In this document: positions 54,110 to 64,000 of the stretch, in pieces
Layout: each line of letters begins with the position of its first letter
Numbering within the stretch: the first letter of the stretch is position 1
Source: the human T2T-CHM13v2.0 reference genome, Homo sapiens
NCBI RefSeq assembly: GCF_009914755.1
Contig: NC_060931.1
Direction: 5' to 3' (one strand)
Length of the DNA: 64,000 nt
Program-made: the position numbers and the translations under genes
Notes under the pieces: generated by a model
Told to the model about the DNA's origin: nothing
What the model saw: the letters and a program-made list of their open reading frames with translations, nothing else
The model's database searches: none

Positions 54110-54890
54110 ACACCTTAGAGCTGGGACATAAGCGCAGTGCGCGCTCTGCAGAAATTCTGCCCGCCTCTCCAGGCCCTCCTTCCAGCTCCCGGCAGAGCGG
54201 GCTGGAAGTAACGGGGAAGAGCGGTTATTTGTTGGTTTAATATAATTTGTTTAGTCACCCAAGGATGACTAATTTGCATTTTCTCTCTCTTTTTATATTG
54301 ATCCGTAGCACACTCTGTTTTCCACCTAATGGATATTTGGGCACTAACTTGTTAGTGTCACTTTCCTGTCCTTTCATGCAGGGTTTTCACGCTGTGGGTT
54401 CCCTGGCAGCCACCTCCCATCACTATGGTGTCCTCGCTTCAGTTTTGACACGACATCATTAGCAGCTGCAGACAGTCCTTGTTCCGGCTGAATAAGAGAG
54501 CACAGACGGACTTGGCACTGGGCGCACACCAGGAGGGTCCGAGGCGGGGCCGCGGGGACCTGCTCTTGGGAGCGCGGACAGAGCCCCACTGTCCCTCTCC
54601 CCAGGGCCGTGCTCGTCAAAGACGGACAGGCAGTGGCTACACATGAAGCCACGAATGCCTTGAACTCGGCTCTGGACCTGATTTCTTATTTAACTGAAGG
54701 ACAAAGAAGAAAAGAACAAAAACACCCATCAGCACGCCGTGGCGTCCCCTCGGACTCGCAATCACTGCAGCGGGATTTCCAAGCTCCCCTTCCCAGGGCA
54801 CAGGCGGGAGGACCTCCGCGATGGTGGGGGCGGAGGAGGCTCCACCCTGACAGCTTCCTATAACCCCACTGACCCGTGCCACATGGGTCA
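54110..54890. promoter_or_regulatory. Orphan CpG-rich non-repetitive element (candidate enhancer or promoter)
   Basis: Two GC/CpG-rich blocks in AT-rich surroundings; GC boxes; octamer ATTTGCAT at 54272-54279; inverted TTAGTCA/TGACTAA pair. Confidence 0.55.
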
Positions 54891-55639
54891 CAGCATTGCA
54901 GAATTACAGCTTTGAGAATAATTTAGGAACAGAAAATTTGTGATTATAATATGCTGAGTTTTAAAGCTAAGATATAAAATCATATTCACACTGAATACCA
55001 CTAACAAAATATTCATATGCAAATCAGGTTAAAATATACGCCAACAGGATTCATAGAAGTTGTATGTTAGGTAGTAGAAAGTGATAGAAAGATTGTTTTG
55101 TAGCTATATCACACTTAGGCTGAATGCAATTTAAAAATAGGCATTATTATTACATGTTATCAAATTGCAGTGGGGGCTCTATAACAAAAAGGATCACTTT
55201 TTTAAGGAAACATAAAGGAGATGATAAGAAAAAACCCCACCCTATTGTATTATCAATTGTAAAGTCATATTTGCAATGTACCTTTCCTTTTCTTTTAATA
55301 AAATAAGCATAAACTGTTTTCTTTAAAGACTATCCTACAAGATGTGAGGCAAGGGAGTGAACGTCCTTGCTAGGCCCGGCTCCTCCTCATTGCCCCTCCT
55401 CTGCCTCAGCCCAGGACACAATGTATTATACGTGAACCATCACTGCACATGCTAGATACACAATAAAAGTTAGTGCCATTCTTTCTCCTCTCTTCTTATA
55501 TGGATCCTTTCCATTCATTTATTGCATCTTATAAAAGTAATACATCTTAATAATAGTAAATTATTTATAGAGAATAAGATAGAACATACCATATACGATT
55601 ACATAGAAAAGGAAATAACAATACACATTTCCATAGCAT

Positions 55640-55780
55640 TCAACATATACTCAGTATTGTTCAATGCCCTTTGTACACATTATCTCCTTTAATCCTCAAG
55701 CGGTCCTATGAAGATGGATTACCCTCATTTTACAGTTAAAGAAACTGAGGACAAATAAGTTAAATAACTTGCCCAATTTA
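55640..55780 (-). mobile_element. MIR
   Basis: CTCATTTTACAGTTAAAGAAACTGAGG..GTTAAATAACTTGCCCAA. Confidence 0.75.
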
Positions 55781-55894
55781 GATTTTCACAAAACTACCTT
55801 AAAATTTTGATTTGTCTAAGGCTAATTTTACAAGGTAATTCCAAATTAATTGGCATGTTTAGTATAATAAATCTTTCTTTCCATGAACACTGTT

Positions 55895-56075
55895 TTCTAT
55901 TTTTATTTTATTTTGTTAATTTATTTTTGAGACAGTGTCTCACCCTGTCCCCTAGCCTGGAGTGCAGAGGCATGAACATGGCTCATTGCAGCAGTAAGCT
56001 CCTGGGCTCAAGCAATGTCCCTACCTCAATCTCCCAACGTGCTGGGATTACAGGTGTAAGCCACCACACCAAGCC
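55895..56075 (-). mobile_element. Monomeric Alu (FAM/FRAM-like) within old L1M sequence
   Basis: Single right-arm-type monomer with T-rich tail. Confidence 0.75.
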
Positions 56076-57129
56076 GCTATTTATTTATTTTTAATTTTTT
56101 CTTTCATAAATTGTGTAGTTTCCACATAGAGGTCTTGTAAAATTTCTACTGTGTTCATTTCTAGAAATGTTATAGTTTGAGTTGTTATTGTAAATTGAAT
56201 TGTTTTGTATTACATTTTTATAATTGGATATTGTCACTATGCAGGGGAATAATATTTATTTGTTGTTCTTATTTTAATCTCTATTTTGTTGCTATACTCA
56301 GAGTTTCTAATATAAACACAGCATCTGCCAAAAATGTTAACTAGTTCCTTTCTTTCTTTTTTAACTTCATATCTAATCCCTAATTGGATAGATTTTTGTT
56401 ACTATTCTTTGTTAATGTATCTATTTATATTTTTCTTAGTTTAGAAAACATAGTCTCTATTATTTATGTATCTTTAACTATGTGTGGACATTATTTATAG
56501 CCTGATAACAGGATGAAAATTATTTTATAATCCATTGGCATTAGAAAAAAATGTGCTCTTTTGTTTCAGAATAAAGTTTGGCATAAAAATCCAAAAAACA
56601 AGTTTGTTAATAATGTTGCTCAAATTCTTTGTAAGCTTGTTTTTCTACTTGAACCATCAGTTTCTAAGAGTTTTTCTCTCCACTCTGATTGTGGATCAGT
56701 TAATAATTCCTTGAGTAGATAAAAGCATTTATTTTTATAAATACTAATCTTCTCATTTGAGACACAAAGGTTGATTACTATCACCTTCTTGATGAATTGC
56801 TTTTTATTAAGGAATACTATCCTACTTTTTCATATTTTATGCTTAGTCTTTCCTACATGTATCTTATTGATATTGGCACTTTTATTTTTGTCAGACTATA
56901 CTTGGAATACCTTTTGTCCTTTCTAGGTCTATTCTTTTTAAGATACACTTTTTATGACTTTAACTTTCATAATTGTTTCAAGTCCTATCTAAAAGCCCCT
57001 GTATTTAAAGTAGGAAATTTAATCCATTCACATATATTGTGTTATTTTGTGTGTTTGAAATAATTTTTGCCAATTTGTATTCTATGATTTCTTTTTCTTC
57101 TGCCCTCTCTACTAATTAAAAGCAATAGC

Positions 57130-57328
57130 TGACCCTAGACCAAATCTTGTCCTGGGCAGAAAAATGCTGTAAAGACATTATTGGGTCAACTGACAAATTG
57201 TAATATGTACAGTAGTACAGTAGATTATTAATAATTGTATTGTGGTTGTATATTTTCTATTCCTAGGAAATACACACTGAAGATTTAGGAGTAAAGGTCA
57301 TGACATACTCTCAAATGTTGGGGGGAAA

Positions 57329-57373
<45 letters not shown>

Positions 57374-57900
57374 TATATATATGTTTATATACACATATAT
57401 ACATATATACACAATACATATAAACATGTGTGTATATATGTTTGTATACACATATATAGGAGCATATATATATAGATATATACACACACACACACGCACA
57501 CACCCAGACACATATATATGAATTTCCTTTATTGTGCATCATCAATAACATTATTGCCAGAATTAATTTCTTCTCCAAATCTGATGGTAGTGAAAATGTA
57601 TCTTATTTTTGTTTTAATTTTCCTCAATTACTGGTGAAAATAGCACTCCAGCTCTTGTTTATCTTCTCTTGTTTTATAAGCACTATTCTAAACATGTACT
57701 TTTTTTCTTTATTTTTTAAGAAAGACACCTATGTGCATGTCTGTATATAGAGGGAGCACATATGCACAAATGATGGAGCTAATGGGGTTAACGATAGGTG
57801 AAGCTGGTTGAAGGACATATATAGGTATTTTTATACCAGTCTTTTTCTTGTATCTATTCTATAAGTTTGAAATTATTTCCAAACGAAAGTTTCAGAAAAG
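57130..57900 (+). mobile_element. L1MC-type 3' fragments
   Basis: AAAGACATTATTGGGTCAACTGACAAATTG; TAGGAAATACACACTGAAG; GTTTGAAATTATTTCCAAA. Confidence 0.65.
57331..57518. repeat. (TG)20 microsatellite plus TA/CA-rich low-complexity tract
   Basis: Perfect TG run at 57331-57371 followed by mostly alternating purine-pyrimidine sequence. Confidence 0.95.
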
Positions 57901-57909
57901 CAGATATGT

Positions 57910-58480
57910 CATTCAGCACAGCAGAACAGCACACCTTCCAATGCTCCTATCTCAGAGAAGCCAGAGCCCCTGCAATGGCCCACGAGGTCTACTCCAGGTC
58001 CCCCTACTTCCTCAGAACCTGTCCTCCTCTTTCTCCTAGGAGACTCCCCACCATTTCCACCCAGCTCCCCCTTGGAACACTTTGCTATTCATTGAGAAAG
58101 CCCAGGGGGCTCCTGACTTGAGGGTTTCGCACTTACTTTTCCTTTTGCCTGGAACACTATTCCCCCAGATAGCTGCACAGTCAGCTCTCTCACTTCCTTC
58201 AAGCTTTGCTCAAGTGTCATTTGTCAGGGATGCCTAGCCCCATCATCCTATTCAAAACTGCAACACTCTCAGCCCTCCATCTCCTCCATCCCAGGTTATT
58301 TTTTCTCAATATCACTTACTTGTTCAAATACACTAAATAACATGCTTATATATTTTGATTATTGTCTGGCTTCCCCTGCTAGAATAGACTCTCCATAAAG
58401 GAAGATATTTTTGTGTCTTATTCACTGTTATAGCCTCAGAGGCTAGAGTAAGCATCAATTTAATTGCTGAAAAAATAAAT
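57910..58480 (+). mobile_element. L2a-like 3' region
   Basis: TGCCTGGAACACTATTCCCCCAGATA..CTAGAATAGACTCCATAAAGG..TTCACTGTTATAGCCTCAG. Confidence 0.8.
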
Positions 58481-58499
58481 TTATTTATCATATCTTTTA

Positions 58500-59200
58500 A
58501 GTGTACAAATCTGCATGCCACTTATTTTTATTCATTGTCTGTGATATTTACATAGAAATATATACTTCCAGGTTTTACTTTTACTGCTCTATATAATTCC
58601 ATTTTAAGAATATGTCACAATTTATTTACCCCTTTTCCTAATCATGAACAATTAGGTTATTTCTTATCTTTCCCTGTTACAATGCTGTCATTAACATTCA
58701 TGAACACTCACCCTGATACCCACGAATGTCAATCTTTGTATACCTCAGCAAGAGTTGTTCTAGGCTGTAGAATTGGGAATGGAATTGCTAGATCTTAAGG
58801 TCTGTGCATTTTAAACTTGACTAGGTGCTGCCCGCTGATATGATTATACCATTTCCCCCACTCATTAGGAGAATGCTACAAGTTTTCTTTGCCCTTAGCA
58901 AGAATACATTAATACTTTCAGATTTTTAATTCTTGTCAAATGTGATTCTGAAGCATATCTCATTTGTGTTTTAATTTGCATTTCACTAATTACTAGCAAG
59001 GTTAAGCAGACCAGCTCATTTTTATCTCTTCTCTGCTGTATAAGCTCTACTTTGAAAACATGGGTCTTTTTTTTTTCTTTCTTTAGCTTTAAGAGATTAC
59101 ATAGTAATTTGTTGAGACTCTGGAGAATCTTTTCCTCTTCCACAGGGTAATTTTCATGCAGTGTGCGATCGTTGTGTGTCTGCTGCTCATGTCCCTTGCC
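58500..59200 (-). mobile_element. Old L1ME fragment
   Basis: GGAATGGAATTGCTAGATC..TTTTAATTTGCATTTCACTAATTACTAG. Confidence 0.65.
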
Positions 59201-60499
59201 TCTTTCCCTCTGCAGTACCTCTGTTCATTTCTTGTTAACTGTGGCATTCCTCTTTGCAGGGGTCAGCGAGTTTTGATAATTAGCTGTGGAGAGGAGCAGG
59301 GAAATATAGGGCTGCGGCCATCTAGAGCTTTCGTTCTGGTATTTTTTTCTCAAACTCACTCTTACCAAGTTTGCTACTTTCTGTTCTTTTTGAGTTTGTC
59401 TCCTTCAAGTTTAGGAGTTGGCCTGACTGTAGGTAGGCTACAATAGAGCCCTTGATTCTTTTCTCTTCACCCCCTCACCTCTGCACCCTCCGTGGGCCAG
59501 GTCACATACAGGTGTAAAGTGTCAGTTTGGGTTTTCCTTCAGCATCAGGCCTCCTGCTGTTTCCACAGGATGGTTCTCCACTCACCGTGGCCTGCTCATG
59601 CCCTTAAACCTTTATCTACTCAAAAGATTGCTGGATGGGCCTTCCTAGATGATGCCACCTGTGAAGAAACTCTCCCTGCGTGGAGTCTGAGCCAGCAGGG
59701 CTGAACTCTTCAGCTTCCTTGCACTCTCCTGCTCGTGACGCCACATCCTTTGCATGATTCGTGTTTAAGTTTGCACTTTTAGCTACTTCTCTGTTTCATT
59801 AAAGATGAGGGTTTTTTTCTTAATTGTGTAATATGGGTATTCTGCAGTTGAAATCCTGATAAGGGATGAGAGAACAGAGCCCATGGTGAAGACACAAGGA
59901 GGGAGACGACAGCCGGTGTCCTCTTCTCATTTCCAGGGTGGTCTTTATGAAATTCAGTCTGGCAGATAACCAAGTAGACTCTTAGAAACTGCATCCAGAC
60001 ACAACGATGTGATAAACTAATTGCTACTGAAGAATAGGAAAGCAATAAGAAAATGTCAAGCATTACATAAGGACAAATGAAAATGATAGATTCATGTATT
60101 GCTGTTGAAACTAAAAATAGTCTTTTTGTTTTTTGTAACTGAACACTAATCTTCTTTTAAGATCTAAAAACAAGTTCATGTTTTCCTTTGATTTTTTTCT
60201 GAATTGATTTTTTTTCTATTTTTTTCTTTTAGTGATTTTTGTAGTCATAAATCCTCTTTCTCTTTTAGTGGTTGACCTCAAACTGTCAGTAAATGTACCT
60301 TCTACTCAATGTTGAGAACTAACCAATAGCTGGGCAACCCTCAAAGACCGGGGAGACATTTTTGCAGTTTTCCTCATTAGCTCTTCTCCACACCGACGAT
60401 AACTTGTTAAAATCATGCAGCATTTTAGTGTCAATATTTTTATACTATATATTTTACATTTGTAACAATCCATTCTCAACTGTTGTATAAAAAGTTTCA

Positions 60500-60899
<400 letters not shown>

Positions 60900-61269
60900 C
60901 TACTTCCTGGGTTGGGTTCATTTTTTTTTTATTTTGTTAAAATACAACCCAGGGTAATTCTTTTTTTTTTTTCCCCAGAGAGGGGTAGCCAAGTGTTTAC
61001 ATGTGTGAAAGGATTTGGGTTGCAAGCATGGAATAGTGTGATGGATGAGTACAACTCTCTTCCCATAAGAAGGTTCAAAGCATCACCAGGTTGACATCTC
61101 CAGAGATCCCTCATTGCAGTCTTGCTCTAGTTCTTCAGGGGCTTTTCCCCTCGAGAAGTTGTTAGATTTTTTATCATTGGAAATCAGAAATATCATCAAG
61201 ATTTTCCCAGATAGTACATTATTGTTCCTCAGCATCTCATGGCCACTTCCAACTGAAGATTTACATTGA

Positions 61270-63500
61270 CTTCCAGGAAATGCTTACTTCATTACTTCTT
61301 GGATTAGTTCCTTCTCTCCCTTCTCTCTGTTCTATTTCAAACAACTATCAAACAAACACTGAGTCTCCTAAAACTGTCCTGGGCTCCCTCAAAATTTCTG
61401 CAATATTTTCATTTTGACTTTTTAATCCATATTTGGGGATATTTCTTCTATTTTATCTTCCAATTTACTAATCTGGCCATCAATTACTGACGCCTACCAC
61501 TAAATACTTTATTTTGGCAATCTTTTTTTGTTACTAGAAATTTTCTTTGCTCTATTTTCAAAGCAATCTGTTTCATGTTACAAACTTGTTCACTAAATCT
61601 GAAAATGTTTCTGCAGATATTATTGAAACTTATTTTTAGGTTCTTGTGCCTTTCTTTGATTATGTTTTCTCGAAACTAATCTTCTCTTCCTCCCTGTCTT
61701 GATTCATCCTGTTCCTTTTCTCTATTGCCCATTAATTTTTAACACAATATATATTCACATATTTTAAAGAGTTAAAATAAGACAGCTATACAAGCTTACT
61801 AGGAAAAACTATGCTCTCCTATTGATGGATTATTTGGAGTTTTAGTTTTATGTTGCTAAATAACATGCTTATATTTTAGTTTTTCTATTTTTTTCCAATC
61901 TTAGGCATTTTTATTGGCATCTCAGTATGGAAGAATAAGATACAGCTCTTATCACACATGCCACCAGTTCACTCATACTTCTTGTATTCTGTTCCACTGA
62001 TAAGAGTTATGCCATAATTTTTGTTAAGTCAATATTCAGTGTTTATACAGCTAAAACCTTCAATACTGATTTTTTCTTTGGTACTCAATTTTTATTTTCT
62101 CTGGAGTAGTGTTTATTTCAGTTTTGCTCAGTTTTCTATATGCTTAATTTATCACCCAAACATAGCCCCTGTGATGTAATGTTCTTTCTACCCTCTATAG
62201 ATTTGTCATCTATTGATCTATCAAACTATCAATTCCTCTATTTTCAAGGTAACATAAACATGGCACTTCCTGTGTATCAGGCACTATTCCAAGCACTTCC
62301 AAATTCACTGAAAGCTTACAACATCAACAGGTAGTTATCTTGTTATCCTCATATTTCATGTGAGACATGAAGAGAACAAATTCACAATTCATACATGAAA
62401 GAGCTTATTCCAACCCATGTGATCTGACTCCAGAGTCTGTGGTCTCCCTCCGTCCTCTGCAACCCCTATATACAAGCGACCCCTTGGGAGGGAGTCTAAC
62501 AATCCCAACATCTTAAAGGAGCCTCTGTTGGAGTTTCCACCCTGTCCTACTTGGCTCTGGTCAGCTCCAGCCTGGTTGCTCAGCATTCCTCCCAGGGCTT
62601 CTATCACCATCATGGAGACCTCTTTTGCCTTTCTTTCATGTTGATTTCCCCGATTACTGGGTCCCCTGACTTCATCTTTCTTGGTTATCTTCTTGCTTTA
62701 GCAGAGCACATTCTCCCCTCACTTCCTGGGAAAGGATGCCTGGGGCTGAGTTTCAAAGACCCTGCATGCCTGGGGATGTCTTTATATTATGTTCACACTA
62801 AATAAGAGTCTGGTTGCACAAAATGCATGTTGAAAACATCACCCTCAGAATATTGATGTTCCATCCAGATGTTATTCCATTACGTTCTGTCTTTCGATGT
62901 TGCTGTTAACAAGTTCGATCCCATTCTGTGCTTAATTCTTCATTTAAAACCTACTTCTTCCCTTTCTTAAAAGCAATTGGCATCTTTTACTTTGTTCTTA
63001 GCATTTTCAAAATCTGCAATGATGTATGTTTGTGTGAGATTATTTTCACATAGTGCTGGAGAGCAGTGTGCCTTTAACCTGGAAATATGTCCCTGAGCTC
63101 TGAGAAAGAGAAAATATAAGATCAGAAATTTGGAAGGAAGAAGAAAACTTCAAAGGCAATAACCACAAATATGTTTTGAGAGATCATAAAAAAGCTACAG
63201 AATGCATGAAACATATAACAAGAAATACTGTTTAAAAAAGGAAGAAGGCAGGATATTCAGAGAACAAAAAGAGCTCTGAAAAGTTAAATATGTGATAACA
63301 TAAATGAAAGCTAGAAAGATTGAAAGATAGAGCAAAGGAAACTTTTCTTGAATCATTGCTTTCATGATTTCTTCTCTTCTGCCTAATGTGGTTCTTCTCT
63401 TCTTGGAGCTTCTATTCTTCCGCTGATTGGAAGCCCTGTGGTACGTGTAGACTTATTGGCTCTGGGTTCACTCTCAGTTTTCCTTGCCAAGTCCTTGCCT
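61270..63500 (-). mobile_element. HAL1/old L1 fragments with an embedded MIR (~62260-62440) and an opposite-strand piece (~63107-63342)
   Basis: Degenerate ORF1-like T-rich sequence, e.g. TGTTGCTGTTAACAAGTTCGATCCCATTCTG. Confidence 0.5.
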
Positions 63501-63509
63501 TAGGATGGA

Positions 63510-63582
63510 AATTCTTCAACTTTTTGGTGTCAGGATCTCTTTATGGTCATAAAAATTATTGAGGATCCTAAAGAGCTTTTCA
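63510..63582 (+). mobile_element. hAT-Charlie terminal fragment (same family as 11635)
   Basis: CAACTTTTTGGTGTCAGGATCTCTTTA..AAAAATTATTGAGGATCCTAAAGAGCTTTT. Confidence 0.6.
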
Positions 63583-64000
63583 GAAGAATAGAAAATGGAG
63601 GAGGAAAGACAAATTGTTTCAGCAGAATATGAGACTCAAGAGGAATGCCAGTTTCACATAAAGATCGAAAAGATGAGTGAAGTATGGAACACGAGATTGG
63701 GAATGAAAAAAAAACTGGAGAAATTGACCCAGGCCACATTTTTCTAGGTCTTGCAAAACAATTTAAAGAATGAAGAACTCAGGAACGACCATGAAAGGGT
63801 TTTGGTCTGGGGACCAGTATAATCAGAAATATTAATAGCTTTCTGGGAGCCCAGTCTGGCTGCAGGCTGGAAAGGAATAGGAAAAATCAGGGCTGGAAGC
63901 AGCAAGGTTGGATGAGGGGCTCCTGAAGTAGTGTAGGAAACATATAACATGGCTTGAACAGGGCAGCTGACAAGGAGGTTGGAGAGACGTGCTAGATTTG

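Noticed and set aside
57285-57578. CVCV/HTHT repeat ORFs (also 43254-43439)
   Set aside because: These are translations of microsatellites.

Overview
This is primate genomic DNA; AluY, L1PA and a HERV-E-type LTR point to a catarrhine, probably human or ape. It is repeat-dense and largely non-coding, and I cannot recognise an intact cellular protein-coding gene. Main landmarks: (1) a CpG-rich, promoter-like segment at ~200-660 with a candidate minus-strand first exon ending ATG|GTGAG; (2) a nested transposon stack at ~11.6-22.9 kb centred on a full-length but dead L1PA7-like element that keeps an open ORF0-like antisense frame; (3) many old L1M/HAL1/L2/MIR/MaLR/DNA-transposon fossils and a solo LTR2; (4) a second, orphan CpG-rich element at ~54.1-54.9 kb. 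The most unusual structure seen directly in the sequence is a templated insertion at ~38.0-38.36 kb: an inverted copy of the adjacent ~49 bp plus a ~195-bp copy of DNA 1.75 kb upstream, bracketed by a 9-bp direct repeat. Nothing here supports a novel multi-gene system. Repeat subfamily names come from recalled consensus features and need RepeatMasker/Dfam confirmation; boundaries of old repeats are approximate.
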